Shown: positions 31,965 to 43,624, numbered from the stretch's first letter. The stretch: DNA of 64,000 nucleotides from an uncultured Nitrososphaerales archaeon (GCA_963709405.1 CAVPXM010000055.1:256001-320000), one strand, 5' to 3'. The notes: generated by a model from the letters alone, not told the origin. Numbers and translations: made by a program.

Positions 31965-32786
31965 ATGAAACTCTTGATGTCTATTGAGAAGCTTAATTCA
32001 ATCCTGTCATGCAGTGTTGACCGGAAGATAAGAAACATTCTGATTGTCGATACCAGACCGTTCAGTGATTATCTTAAGGGCCACATTCCTGGATCAATTA
32101 ATGTAGATTTGATGCAATTTCATTGGATAGACACTTCCGCTGATGGAATCAGAGAATTTATTCGACAATCAAGATATCTTCTTTCAAATGTCGGAGTAAG
32201 GGAGAAAGATCTAGTTATCTTTTATGACGATACGACTGGGCCTAGTGCTGCGCGGGGTCTATGGCTTTTGCTTTATTTCTCCCACAAGAGAGTCGCAATA
32301 CTGAATGGAGGATTTAACAAATGGAAAGAAAAAGGACATGACATTCAGAAGTCGACTAATCAATTTAGGTATTCTAGATTTTACGGGAAGGTAAACCCCG
32401 AACTCCTAGCAACCGCAAAAGACATTCTTTCTGGCTTGGGATCTCGAAAATCGTTAAGGGCCAACGTTATTGACTCTAGATCGAAACCAGAATTCGACGG
32501 TACAATCGTGCGTGGAGGAAGAAGAGGTCATATCCCGACCGCCGTCCACATAGATTGGAAGATGAACTTGACAGGTGGATTTTTTAAGACGTGTAAGGAA
32601 TTGGCCAAGCTCTATTGCACTTTACCAAAGGATAAACAAATAATAACGTATTGTCAAGGAGGATATAGAGCGGCAAACACTTTTTTAGCGTTAAGGCTAT
32701 TAGGATATGACAAAGTAAAAGTTTATCTAGGCTCATGGGGAGAATGGAGTAGTCGTCATGATTTGCCAGTAGAATATCGAAAGTGA
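31965..32786 (+). CDS. Thiosulfate/3-mercaptopyruvate sulfurtransferase (tandem rhodanese)
   Basis: GHIPGS, AARGLW, GHIPTA, TYCQGGYRAA, YLGSWGEW. Confidence 0.93.
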   Translation: MKLLMSIEKLNSILSCSVDRKIRNILIVDTRPFSDYLKGHIPGSINVDLMQFHWIDTSADGIREFIRQSRYLLSNVGVREKDLVIFYDDTTGPSAARGLWLLLYFSHKRVAILNGGFNKWKEKGHDIQKSTNQFRYSRFYGKVNPELLATAKDILSGLGSRKSLRANVIDSRSKPEFDGTIVRGGRRGHIPTAVHIDWKMNLTGGFFKTCKELAKLYCTLPKDKQIITYCQGGYRAANTFLALRLLGYDKVKVYLGSWGEWSSRHDLPVEYRK

Positions 32787-33273
32787 ATTTATTCTCTAGT
32801 ATCTTATTTTAGGTAATTAGGTGATGAACACTTTCTAGCTGGAGGGCAAGGCTTTTTCATGCACTAATGTCGATTTGCAACTAGGAATGGTAGCATGCTG
32901 ATTGGCCTTGATCTTATAAAGGCAGTCATCGGTTTGTATATTGCAATAACCAAACGTTCAACCGGGCATTATTCGTCTACGTGACAATCGAGACCTTGAA
33001 TGCACGTTTGGTTTATTGTCACTAGTCTGCGTAATAAGTTCAAATCTGCACATAATAGTTCTAACAAAGTCGGAAGGGTATTTCGAATAAGAAATGCTAC
33101 GAATAATTTCAACGTTAATTTTATCGAAAACCGATCGGTTTCTACGTTCTGGAATTTATTATAAATTATAGTCGAATGAATTTTTGAGTGGACTCAATAA
33201 TTTCACTTTCATTTGTATGTGCGACACGGAAAGTATAAGAATCCGGGTTAGCAGATAAATACATTGGTCCTTT

Positions 33274-33699
33274 ATGAAGGGATTTTTTCTCGAACTGTGT
33301 AATAAAATATTATCATTAGATCCTGCAATTAGATTTATAGGGATAGCTGATGAACATGGTACGCTATTAGCAACAGCGGAGCGCGATGGTCTTGTTCCTT
33401 TATTGAATAGGGAGGAAACCATACAATACGCGATAACTGCCGCGACTAGACAATATACAAGGATTAGATGGCAGGCAATATTGGGTAAGATCGATTATAC
33501 TTGTTCTCACTACGACAAGCTCTTGCGTGTGACTATCCCATTAACAGACCGATCTAACAGATTATCATTCGTTCTAATATTTACATTCGAAGTGAACACC
33601 AATAACTTCCACCAAATAATAATGGATAGAGTAATCCCGATTGTACGTAAACATACGACGCGTCTATTGCGAGAAAAATCTAAGGGTCAGCTTGCTTAG
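33274..33699 (+). CDS. Roadblock/profilin-like hypothetical protein typical of AOA
   Basis: CNKILSLDPAIRFIGI..G.LL...R.GL.PLL..EE pattern. Confidence 0.75.
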   Translation: MKGFFLELCNKILSLDPAIRFIGIADEHGTLLATAERDGLVPLLNREETIQYAITAATRQYTRIRWQAILGKIDYTCSHYDKLLRVTIPLTDRSNRLSFVLIFTFEVNTNNFHQIIMDRVIPIVRKHTTRLLREKSKGQLA

Positions 33700-33969
33700 C
33701 GTCGGACTTTAAGGTGAAATATATAATGTGAGAACCCCATCTTAATGCTATTCCTTCAAAGATAGGACAGAAATATTTACAACTAGCGCCATTGCGGAGA
33801 GTACCGCTTAACTTATTTACTTTATTGAATGAGCTATTTTGTTTATACATAGTCCCACATTGAATAGACCAAATTTTCGACTCATGTAAGAGTAATAAAA
33901 GATAAATGAGGTTAATTCAGACCTTGTGAGGTCCAAAAGTTTATAGATATGTACCAATTAGGTTCTTTT

Positions 33970-34584
33970 ATGACGCAGCAACCCCCTCCTAATTCCGGGG
34001 GCAAGGTTTCAAGGCGTGATTTTCTAAAGCTTCTTGCAGCTGCAGGAACAGTAATGACATTTGTACCTTTTGTTGACTGGGGAAAATTTCTACCAAATCC
34101 CGCAGGCAAGGTCTCTGCAAAGGCTAAAGTTGAACTGCCCGATGGTTCTCAGGCCAATGTAAAAACGTTTCCGATAAATTCCTCACAGGTTGTACTTTAT
34201 CCTAAAACTAAAGATCCAACCCTGAACAAAGAAGCTTTTAGAACATGGCAATTCATAAGATTACCAGAAGAACTAGGTGGCAAGCAAAATACTGCATCTG
34301 CATTTAGGGCATACAGTGCAGTATGTCTTCATCTTTGGTGTCTGTGGAAATACTGGCCGGATCCAGGGAGGAAAAGGGGAGAATGTCCCTGTCATGGGAG
34401 TATGTACGATCCGTTGACTGGAAAGGCATTTGCTGGCCCTGCATCATTACAATCACCTCCGTCAAATGTTCTTGCAAGATTAGATCTCGAAGTAGATACC
34501 GATGGAAATATATGGATAAAGCCTCCTAACTGGAGTCCAGAGGGTAATGGAGTAGTGGGATTTGGTCGTTTCCTTAAAGAATGA
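33970..34584 (+). CDS. Rieske iron-sulfur protein of complex III
   Basis: Tat signal SRRDFLK; CLHLWC and CPCHGSMY. Confidence 0.95.
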   Translation: MTQQPPPNSGGKVSRRDFLKLLAAAGTVMTFVPFVDWGKFLPNPAGKVSAKAKVELPDGSQANVKTFPINSSQVVLYPKTKDPTLNKEAFRTWQFIRLPEELGGKQNTASAFRAYSAVCLHLWCLWKYWPDPGRKRGECPCHGSMYDPLTGKAFAGPASLQSPPSNVLARLDLEVDTDGNIWIKPPNWSPEGNGVVGFGRFLKE

Positions 34585-36219
34585 AAACAGCCTAGTTGGA
34601 TTCATCAGGTGGATATATGCTGGCTTAGATAGGACCATTTTCATGGGAATGAAGTTTACAGTCCCATCTAGGTTCGTAAGTCCCTTGGGATTTTTGGGTA
34701 TGCTCACATTTGTTATATTTATCATTTTAGGAGTTACAGGAGCTTTCTTGATGCTTTGGTACGAACCGATCTTGGATAGAGCATGGGACAGTGTTAAAAA
34801 CATAAACGACACAATTCCCTATGGATTTCATATCCGAAATATCCATTACCATGCGTCTAACGCCATGGTTATGGTAGCACTCCTTCATATGTATTACCAA
34901 TACTTTAGTGGCAGGTACAAGATCAAAAATGAAATTCTTTGGGTTACTGGGATTATAATAGGAGTGCTTACAATTTTAGAAGCATTTACGGGATATGATA
35001 TCATTTTTAGTGAGCGTGCCGAATTGGCTATATCGATCGCTCGCTTCGTTGACGAATTCAATTCCAGTTATGGGTCCTCAGATGAGGGAGGCGTTCTTTG
35101 GAGGTGGCTTCCATGACTTTGTACTGCGGTTCTACGCTTTTCACGTATTTTTCCTGCCCATATTTCTATTAGGATTAATGGTTGTTCATTTCCCGCGATT
35201 TATGGTTTTTGACATTCCTATGGTGATGGCCATTAGCGGAGCAATAATGATAACTGGAGGAGTATTTCCAGTAGATATGGGTACAAAGTTTGATCCCAAC
35301 ATACCCCCTGGGATCACAGTCCCGGAATGGTATTTGACTGGTCTCTATGCTTTCTTGAGAACGATGTATGATAAGTTCGTGACAGGAGTAGCATGGCCTG
35401 GGCTGTTTATATTTGCCCTACTGGTAGTGCCTTTTATAGACAGATACAAGAAATTTTCCTGGAAAGATAGACCGCTTATAACGGCAATAGGAATCACTAG
35501 TTTGGCTCAAATTATAGTTACGACTTATTGGGGGTTCTATATAGACCCAGACATTAAGAAAGCACTACTAGAAAGGCTTGTCATTGATCCTATATTTTTC
35601 TATCTGGTCATGCTTCTGTTGATCCCGCTATCCTTTGGATTCAGCTATATGATGATAAAATTGGCAAAGAATGCAGAAGCTAATGCTAAGCTAAAGCCCA
35701 AGAAGGCAAGTACAAAGACTTCAATTAGTCTTCCTCTAAGATGGATTTACATATTGATCATTGCGCTGCTTGCATTCCAAATTTATCTTAACATAGGCAG
35801 CATATTATGCAGTCATGAGTGGAATGAAGAATTTCTCGTTATTCGTTGTAGGCATAATAATGTTGGTATTTGCTGGGATGTTCCACCTTTACAGGTATGG
35901 CAGATCGATATCTAGAGCACCGCCGATTATTCCCAAACCAGCTATCCCTCCAAAACCATTTCCTTCTCCAAAAGCTGCACCTTCAATTTCCACCCCAGCA
36001 GATACTACTGCTAGGCAATTAGCCCCTCCTCCAGAAGTACAAAAATCTGCAAGTAGCCCACATTCTCAAGGAGCTTCATCTCCTCACTCAGAACGAGCAA
36101 CAAATGCTGATATATCTAAAGTTGGCAAAAATGCAACGCAATCATCTCCCACACCATCTCGAGACATAGTCGAACCTGCCGCTACCAAAACTGATACCTC
36201 TGAAGGACACACGATGTAA
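34562..36219 (+). CDS. petB: Cytochrome b of complex III with Pro/Ser-rich C-terminal tail; two +1 frameshifts (~35042, ~35795)
   Basis: RNIHYHASN, LLHM, FTGY, RFYAFH, PEWY. Confidence 0.92.
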
Positions 36220-36285
36220 TCTGCGGGACACACCCCTAAAATTTATATGTGAACAAATACGTGCATTATACACTGAACAAGGTCT

Positions 36286-36747
36286 ATGGAAAATCAAGCC
36301 GCTGGTATCAGTATCTTAGCTTTTATCGTGGCTGTTGGGGTAAGCGCAGGGTATTATCAATTTGTGTATCTTCCTCAAGCTAATGCAAAGCCAATTCTAC
36401 CAGCAGAGATTCTGAATCCGCCTCAGATCACAAAAATCACTATTATACCCGGATCCTCTCAGCCGTCGCAGACTAAGAATTTTGTTCCTAAAGAGGGAGA
36501 GGCAACTTTGGGTTCTACCAATAAAGTCGTTTGGACTAATACCGACACGGTTCCCCATTCGGTAACTTCGGATAATGGATACAAGGATCTGATAAATGGA
36601 CAATTTAATTCCATCGCAACAATTGGACTTGTCTTGCCACAAAAGACATACCAGTTCACGTTTACTACAGACGGGCAGTATGCATACCATTGCGAACCAC
36701 ATCCTTGGATGACCGGTAAAATAGTAGTGGGAAAAGGCAAATTCTAA
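36286..36747 (+). CDS. Membrane-anchored plastocyanin-like cupredoxin (putative cytochrome c1 substitute)
   Basis: N-terminal TM; PHSVT and YHCEPHPWM; follows petB. Confidence 0.9.
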   Translation: MENQAAGISILAFIVAVGVSAGYYQFVYLPQANAKPILPAEILNPPQITKITIIPGSSQPSQTKNFVPKEGEATLGSTNKVVWTNTDTVPHSVTSDNGYKDLINGQFNSIATIGLVLPQKTYQFTFTTDGQYAYHCEPHPWMTGKIVVGKGKF

Positions 36748-36789
36748 AAAATCATTTTGAATAATTTCTATGAGTCAATTTTGTCGGGA

Positions 36790-37152
36790 TTATTTTAGAA
36801 TCTTCAAGTATTTAACACTAGAAGCAATTTCTTTATGCTCCTGAATTATGGAAGCTCGAAATTTTACGTTAGATGATCCCTCTTTTGGAACATGATTTGC
36901 TTTTGCTACGAATTCTATGACCTTAGAATCTCCAATATCGCTCCTTAGCATAGACAGTCTGGGATATGGATGATTTATACGCTTTTTGTTTATAATTTCA
37001 ATACTAGCGGTATCATTAGAGTTTTCAATAAGCGAGTTAATTACTAGGGAGTCGAATCTGTCGTTGTAATTTAAAAGAATATTGCCATGAATTTCCTGTC
37101 CACTACTGATTTCTTTATCTCTAAGTGTTATTATTATATCATCATCAGACAT
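36790..37152 (-). CDS. Hypothetical protein (Ig-like/beta-rich)
   Basis: 120 aa ORF with TTTATA box upstream. Confidence 0.75.
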   Translation of the reverse strand: MSDDDIIITLRDKEISSGQEIHGNILLNYNDRFDSLVINSLIENSNDTASIEIINKKRINHPYPRLSMLRSDIGDSKVIEFVAKANHVPKEGSSNVKFRASIIQEHKEIASSVKYLKILK

Positions 37153-37336
37153 TTTCGTGATAGTTCAGGTTGGCATTACTGGATATAAAGATATTTAAAG
37201 AACATAGATTATTTCACAATTCGCAGATGAGGATTTGTCGCATCAATTTTATATGAACTATCAAACAGAGAACTCTCAGTAAGTTTGATGAATAACATAT
37301 TAAATCGGGCAATAATACTATCTTCTTGTAGCATCG

Positions 37337-38164
37337 GTGTCGGATAACCACTTACCTATGAAGATAACTCATTTCAGGGAATACATAGTACGATATCTCG
37401 ATTACGATAACCACCAAGATCACTCAGATAGTAGAGATATTCTTGTACTGCTGCATGGACTTGGAGCTTCGGCTGAGAGATGGATGAGAGTAGTGCCGAC
37501 ACTATCCAAGTACTATAGACTAGTCATACCAGACATAATTGGCTCAGGCTATAGTGACAAACCTACTGTTGAATACACAATTGAGTTTTTTCTCGACTTT
37601 ATGCAGGATTTCTTAGAGGATCTAGACATTCAGCGAATGAATTTAGTTGGATCTTCATTCGGTGGTTATCTAGCGGCTGAATTTGCGATTCGTTTCACGG
37701 ATCGGGTTAAAAAACTGATTCTCGCTGCGCCAGCTGGAATAATGCGTTCCTCAACAAGAGTTCTCGATCAATATATAATGGCTGCACTATACCCAACTCA
37801 CGATAACGCTCTTCGAGCATTCAAAGAAATGGCCTGGGATCCAAATATAGTTTCTGTCGACATCGTTAAAGACTTTGTTAACAGAATGCGTCTGCCAAAT
37901 TCCAAATACGCATTTATGTCTACTCTGCTTGGAATAAGGGATTCGCAAAACTTTCTGCCTAGACTTCATAGAATTGATGCTCCCACGCTCATCATATGGG
38001 GTGATAGTGACAAAATGATACCTCCTCAATATGCTAAAGAACTTGAGGATACAATACCAAACAACGAGCTGGTGTTAATGGAAAACTGCGGACATGCCCC
38101 ATATGTCGAAAAACCTAGAGAATTCAATGAGATCGTTTTGAAATTCCTCTCTTCTAAGAAATGA
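37337..38164 (+). CDS. Alpha/beta hydrolase (candidate PHA depolymerase)
   Basis: LLHGLG, GSSFGG nucleophile elbow, WGDSD, GHAP; next to AbrB regulator and phaC. Confidence 0.88.
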   Translation: MSDNHLPMKITHFREYIVRYLDYDNHQDHSDSRDILVLLHGLGASAERWMRVVPTLSKYYRLVIPDIIGSGYSDKPTVEYTIEFFLDFMQDFLEDLDIQRMNLVGSSFGGYLAAEFAIRFTDRVKKLILAAPAGIMRSSTRVLDQYIMAALYPTHDNALRAFKEMAWDPNIVSVDIVKDFVNRMRLPNSKYAFMSTLLGIRDSQNFLPRLHRIDAPTLIIWGDSDKMIPPQYAKELEDTIPNNELVLMENCGHAPYVEKPREFNEIVLKFLSSKK

Positions 38165-38216
38165 CTTGCTTAGGGTGAGTAATGTTAAATACAGTGATAG
38201 ATAATCGTCTAATTAA

Positions 38217-38525
38217 ATGGAAGATCCCAATGACCCAGTTTCCACATTTAAGAAGGCTGTAGACAAGGGCAGAGAGGCACAAAAAGAATTCCTAAAGCAA
38301 TTTTCTTCAATTCAACAAGACGCAATGCAGAACTTCTTCTCTACCCTCGGAGGTTTGGTTTACTATAATGCAATGTTCAAAACCACAGTTCAAAGCGGTG
38401 GCAGAATTTCTATACCTGAAGCAGAGAGAGAGGCGTTAGACATCGATGATGGGGACCTGGTCCAGGTTATTATAATACCCATAGAGAGAAGGAGGACAAA
38501 GGATAGTCCGCGTAAACAAACATGA
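38217..38525 (+). CDS. AbrB/SpoVT-type DNA-binding protein (PhaR-like)
   Basis: FKTTVQSGGRISIPEAEREALDIDDGDLVQVII resembles haloarchaeal PhaR; basic tail. Confidence 0.82.
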   Translation: MEDPNDPVSTFKKAVDKGREAQKEFLKQFSSIQQDAMQNFFSTLGGLVYYNAMFKTTVQSGGRISIPEAEREALDIDDGDLVQVIIIPIERRRTKDSPRKQT

Positions 38526-38663
38526 TATTATTTGTATTAATCATTTTTGACATACAGCATTTCCACCTAATTACGGAATATAGTGCGTTTATCGTGCTAA
38601 CAATTTAACCTTGTAGTAACGTATTCAAATCGTTGGCGACCAATAATCCAGAACTGTTATTAT

Positions 38664-39788
38664 TTATTGCGAGCGAGTTCTAAACCACTGGCCAACCTTT
38701 GGCAGGACATTATTTTGAGAGTAGCTACTTGCAATGAGACCGACATGCCCAGTATGAAATCTCATCAATCTCTTGTCAGGTACTAGAAACCGAGTCATTT
38801 AGGGCTGCGCTACATTCTGGCGAAACTAAATGATCTTCCTCAGCAACAATATTCAGGAAGGGAATTGTTATCTTTGAAAGATCGATAATATGATCGCCCA
38901 CTTTCATCTCATTCTTATAAAGCAAATTCTTCTGATAGATATCTAAAATCCATTGTCGGAATGTCTCACCTGCGATATCAGGAGTATCATAAAGCCATTT
39001 TTCCACTCGCAAAAAGTTTTGTACGAAGCTGTCGTTGTCTATATTCTCAACCAGGTTTAGATACTTGTTGACACCTTGCTTAAATGGCTTCAGTGCAGAA
39101 TAACATGAATATAGCTCGCTCCTTCGGCATATTTCCGATTGTTGAGAACATCCTATTGGCGTCAAGATGTTTCGAGAAATTTGCTAGTACCTGTGGTATC
39201 CCGACTCGAATCGACTACGGGCGCAATAGTCGCCAGATTTTTCACTTTTTCTTGATGCAAAGTACAATACATTGCTGACATGGTAGCCCCCATACAATAA
39301 CCGTGTAGCGTCACTTGGTCGATTGTCTTTTTTGCTCTGATGAATTCTACACAATCGTCTAGATAGACATTAACGTAGTCGTCGAAGGATGTATATTTAT
39401 CATATTGAGTTGGGGGCTTCCAATCAATTAGATAGACGTCAAAGCCTTGACTAACCAGGCTATGGATCCAGCTTTTATCTGGCTGCAAGTCTAGGATGTA
39501 CGATCTATTTATGAGAGCATAAACTATCAAGATGGGAGTCCTCGCGGTCTTGCTGAGCATTGGTCTGAAATGGGTTAACTTATACGCATTTGTTTCTTGG
39601 ACTATTTCGTGCGGTGTTGTTCCTACCTTGATACTACCCGAAGCATGAAGTACGGATCGGGTCTTTTGTATCTTGCGTAATAATTCCTCTGATTCTTTGG
39701 CAATTGAAAAATGAAGACTTGTCTGAGAGTTTTCGCTATTCCCAGACACCTTTCCAGGGACATTTGGCATCAATGCTTCCCGAGTCAT
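38664..39788 (-). CDS. phaC: Class III PHA synthase PhaC; three +1 frameshifts (~39190, ~39117, ~38779)
   Basis: VGTTP, PILIVYALINRSYILDLQ, GYCMG (Cys), EDHLV (Asp), TGHVG (His) after correction. Confidence 0.92.
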
Positions 39789-40284
39789 CTAATCCGACGC
39801 CTGACCCTGCATGCTATTCGAATCACTTAAGTCTCTACATATGTTAATAGTTCTTTGTAACTGAGTGCTATCGAAGATTGAGAACAATAGATTGACCCCG
39901 TAATGCATTATCAACAATTTATAAAGATGGCCAAGAAGAATGAGTGGCTTGTATGGACTATTAAACTGAATGGCCAAACACAGGCTCCGCACTCCAGAAT
40001 CTGGCTTGAAAAACTCCGCCCTCGCTGTAATGACAGATCTCATTTCATCAGAAACCGATTCAATCGTCTTCACCATATAAATTCTTAATGTTAGGGGACG
40101 TATATAAAACGATTCCATTCTATTTATTCTTCCGTCAGCACAATACCTTTCCTTGCCAATTGCACATATCATTCAATTCTTTTGTTGGCTAACACCTCGG
40201 TTAAACTCTTTATAAAGGACTAAACCTCCATTTTCAAAATGCATAAAGTTTAAAGTAGAAGTAGACTAGAATCGCATATAACCC

Positions 40285-40374
40285 GGGCTCGTAGCTCAGT
40301 ATGGATAGAGCGCCTGCCTTCTAAGTTTTATCGAAGAAAGCCGGAAGTCGTGGGATCGAAGCCCACCGGGCCCG
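40285..40374 (+). tRNA. tRNA-Arg(UCU) with 15-nt canonical 37/38 intron (40324-40338)
   Basis: Acceptor GGGCTCG/CGGGCCC, D and T arms, anticodon TCT 40320-40322, BHB central helix CTTC/GAAG; one U-C mismatch in anticodon stem; TTTAAA promoter ~40250. Confidence 0.93.
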
Positions 40375-40464
40375 CTCGTTCCAAATTTGCCTACAAGTGA
40401 TGACAGCTGAATTTTTGACTTTTCTAAAAGATTTTAAGTAGCTTTCTACGCATTGACTCCACAT

Positions 40465-41130
40465 ATGATAACGGACAGCGAGCTTGGGGAGCTTGTAAAA
40501 CGTGCACGTGAAGGTGCAACTGAAAGGAATTTCGATCAATCGGTGGAATTAACTTTGGTATTAAAGGATATAGATGTAAAGCGGGGATTCAGTATTAATG
40601 ACGTCATCGAGCTACCAAATAAGCCCTCGGATCCGCCTAAGATATGCGTGGTAGGATCTGGAGATCTTAGTACACGGGCAAAGAAAGCCGGAGTGGATAG
40701 AATAATAGAACCAGATGAGTTGGACAGGCTTAGCACAAACAAAAGAGAAGCAAGAAAGGTAGTACGATCTCACGACTTCTTTCTTGCAGATAGTTCTTTA
40801 ATGCCTAACGTAGGTAGATCCCTGGGTCAATTTCTGGGACCTAAAGGAAAGATGCCAGCTCCGTTATCGTATGGAGCACCGATTGAAACCATTTCAGCCA
40901 AGTTCAAAAACTCTGTCCGTGTTAGGACGAAGAATCAATTGAACCTGTCGGCAAAGATTGGTGACGAGAAAATGGAGGACTCGATGTTAATTGCGAACGC
41001 TGAAGCTGTCATTAACGAATTGGAAAAGAAACTCCCACAAGGTAATAAAAATATTCAAAATGCGGTAGTAAAATTCACTATGGGAAAAACGGCAAAACTT
41101 AGTTCGTTGAAGAAGGATAAGGGTGCCTAA
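40465..41130 (+). CDS. rpl1: 50S ribosomal protein L1
   Basis: RNFDQSVEL, LGQFLGPKGKMP, KFTMG. Confidence 0.96.
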   Translation: MITDSELGELVKRAREGATERNFDQSVELTLVLKDIDVKRGFSINDVIELPNKPSDPPKICVVGSGDLSTRAKKAGVDRIIEPDELDRLSTNKREARKVVRSHDFFLADSSLMPNVGRSLGQFLGPKGKMPAPLSYGAPIETISAKFKNSVRVRTKNQLNLSAKIGDEKMEDSMLIANAEAVINELEKKLPQGNKNIQNAVVKFTMGKTAKLSSLKKDKGA

Positions 41131-42025
41131 AGTGATCTCCCAAGAAACTCACTCCGAGCAGATTAAGACATATCCTAAGAAAAAAAGGATGATGTTTGAA
41201 GAGCTCCAGAAATTACCGAGGGATTACAACGTTCTCGCGTTATCAAAAATAACTAAGGTCAGAGCGGCTCAACTTATGATGCTCAGAAAAAAATTTCAAG
41301 GCGTCATCAAGATTAGAGTAATTAAGAATAAAGTTGCTCAAAAAGCGTTTCAAAAAGTACCTGACATCCCAAATCTTCAGGAGTTATCTAAACTTCTCGA
41401 AGGTCAGTGTGCATTGATGTTTTCCAACATAAACCCGTTCCGACTGAACCTCATTTTCGATAGGAACAAGATACTTTTACCTGCTAAAGAAGGTGATATT
41501 GCATCTAGCGAGATCATTATTAATGCCGGAAACACAGGAATCAATCCGGGCCCGGTGTTGTCGGAGTTCAAGGAAGCAAATGTACCAACTAAAATAGACC
41601 AAGGTACGATTTGGGTAGTTAAAGATACCCTTGTTGCGCGACCTGGCGAGAGATTGTCAAGTAAACTCGCATCCCTCATGAGCAAGCTTGGAATAAAGCC
41701 TATTGAGGCAGGCATATCCGTCAATTTTGCAGTTACAGAAGGTCTGCTTCTTCACGACAACGAGCTTCGAATTAATTTGATAGACTATACAAATGGCATT
41801 ACAAAATGTTTACATGAATCCTTTGCTTTAGCGGCAGAGGCTGGTTATGTTACTGCTGAAAATATCAAATCGTTACTCACCAGAGCACAACAGAATTCCA
41901 TAGCATTGGCTGTTGAATCAGGTTATTTGACAGATAGTACAATTGCCATTTCATTATCCAAATGTACAGTTAACGCCCTGGCCCTTGAAGCTGAATTGAT
42001 AAAAAAGGGGTATAAACCTCAGTAA
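41123..42025 (+). CDS. rpl10: 50S ribosomal protein L10 (P0)
   Basis: YPKKK, KNKV, NPF, AGNTGINPGP, LGIKP. Confidence 0.95.
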   Translation: MPKVISQETHSEQIKTYPKKKRMMFEELQKLPRDYNVLALSKITKVRAAQLMMLRKKFQGVIKIRVIKNKVAQKAFQKVPDIPNLQELSKLLEGQCALMFSNINPFRLNLIFDRNKILLPAKEGDIASSEIIINAGNTGINPGPVLSEFKEANVPTKIDQGTIWVVKDTLVARPGERLSSKLASLMSKLGIKPIEAGISVNFAVTEGLLLHDNELRINLIDYTNGITKCLHESFALAAEAGYVTAENIKSLLTRAQQNSIALAVESGYLTDSTIAISLSKCTVNALALEAELIKKGYKPQ

Positions 42026-42049
42026 CGAGCAGTGTATAGAAAAAAGGTT

Positions 42050-42358
42050 CTATCCGAAGAGTGCTGAAAGTCCCTCTAATGCCTCTTCTTCCTTCTTCTC
42101 TTCCTTCTTCTCTTCCTTCTCTGTCGGAATTGCGGATGCAGACGGGGCAGCGCTGGCGCTCATTTGCACTTGTTGTACAGGCATTGATGCATTCTTCAAG
42201 GCTTCGTCAATATTTACCTCACCTATGGCCGCGACAAGTGCCTTGATTCTAATCTCATCTGGTGTTGCGCCAGTTGCCTTAACAACATTCTTTACATTTT
42301 CTTCAGTTATATCTTGTTTTAACTTATGCAATAACAACGCGGCATATAGATATTCCAT
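42050..42358 (-). CDS. rpl12: 50S ribosomal protein L12 (P1)
   Basis: [11 protein letters not shown]...[13 protein letters not shown]. Confidence 0.97.
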   Translation of the reverse strand: MEYLYAALLLHKLKQDITEENVKNVVKATGATPDEIRIKALVAAIGEVNIDEALKNASMPVQQVQMSASAAPSASAIPTEKEEKKEEKKEEEALEGLSALFG

Positions 42359-42402
42359 AATTGTGGATGTTTCACAACTCCTTAATATAAAACTTTCAAG
42401 CC

Positions 42403-42903
42403 TCATAACACTCTTGTGCTTCTTGCCACTGCATACAAATGTTCTTTAAGATCCTTCTCGTAGATAGAGTTCATTTTTTCAAGTAGCATTGCCCTAGCTT
42501 CTAATCTTTCATCTCCGGAAGCGGCCAAAACAGAAGCAAAAATATCCGGAAGATTTTCCTTAAGCCAACCGTCAAGGACAAAATACCGCCTTTCGTTTAT
42601 CCAAATGATTTTGGAAGAATTTTGATTCACCTCTTGACTGAATATTTGTGTCTCCACCCGATCGATTAACATAAAGATACAATTATTAGGGTCTGGGTTT
42701 TCCAGAACTTCTTTAGGCCTGCCTATCGCTCGACCCGCCTTAACCCGCTCTAACAAACCTACTGGTTTAATTACTGTCCCGTTAACCCTTATCCTATCAC
42801 CATCAACAGACTGAACCTTGCCAATAATGATGGTATTCGTTAGCTGATCTTTCTGAACTACAAAGACGTGGTCTCCAGCCTTGATCTTTCCTCTACCGAA
42901 CAT
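42403..42903 (-). CDS. Hypothetical protein upstream of rpl12
   Basis: ATG at 42903 preceded by GAGAGG; 166 aa. Confidence 0.8.
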   Translation of the reverse strand: MFGRGKIKAGDHVFVVQKDQLTNTIIIGKVQSVDGDRIRVNGTVIKPVGLLERVKAGRAIGRPKEVLENPDPNNCIFMLIDRVETQIFSQEVNQNSSKIIWINERRYFVLDGWLKENLPDIFASVLAASGDERLEARAMLLEKMNSIYEKDLKEHLYAVARSTRVL

Positions 42904-43073
42904 CCTCTCATGATCCCCCACATTAAGAATATAATTTTTACTACTAATTTTATAAAATAACGAAATGCATATAACCCATATATATTTGGTAATTTCGAAT
43001 GTCAATAATATGCCTAAATATTCAAAAAATTACATTTATTAATCAATACTACGATTCATGACATGACAAAAAT

Positions 43074-43535
43074 TTGCAAAGATTTGACGAATTAGATATG
43101 AAGATATTATCTGAACTGACTGTGGACGCCAGTATTTCTGTCCCGCAACTAAGCAAAAAGCTCAATGTCAACGCTTCTGTTCTTTACAGTAGAATCAAGC
43201 GTTTGTCCAAGCGCAATCTGATTGAGCGTTACACAGTTACTGTGAACGAAAGCATGTTGGGCATCAATGTCAAAGCAATCGTAGGAATCAACAGGGATCC
43301 AAAGTTAAAAGAGAAAATACGCTCAGAGCTTTTGAGAATTTCTGAGGTTCGATCCGTATCAGAGGTCACAGGTAGATTTGATATGGTAGTCTCAGTGAAT
43401 TCTCGTACCCTTGAAGAACTGCATAATGTTGTGATAGAGCAAATCGGAAAAATCGAGGGGATACAGAATACCGAAACCTTCGTGGAAATGCAAAGGACTG
43501 AGAAAGAGCCTATCTATGCAGTTAGATTACCCTAA
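43074..43535 (+). CDS. Lrp/AsnC family transcriptional regulator
   Basis: DELDMKIL..L, HTH, VTGRFDM, TETFV. Confidence 0.93.
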   Translation: MQRFDELDMKILSELTVDASISVPQLSKKLNVNASVLYSRIKRLSKRNLIERYTVTVNESMLGINVKAIVGINRDPKLKEKIRSELLRISEVRSVSEVTGRFDMVVSVNSRTLEELHNVVIEQIGKIEGIQNTETFVEMQRTEKEPIYAVRLP

Positions 43536-43624
43536 TATACGTGCACGAGACCTTAGCTGACGCTTCTCATATACGCAAACGTTACCTTCAAATATGACAT
43601 GGAATTAAGATAAGTAGATTTTCA

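Noticed and set aside
39789-40172. ORFs upstream of phaC (127 aa minus, 61 aa plus) as phaE or a phasin
   Set aside because: No PhaE or phasin features and atypical composition; the two ORFs overlap on opposite strands.
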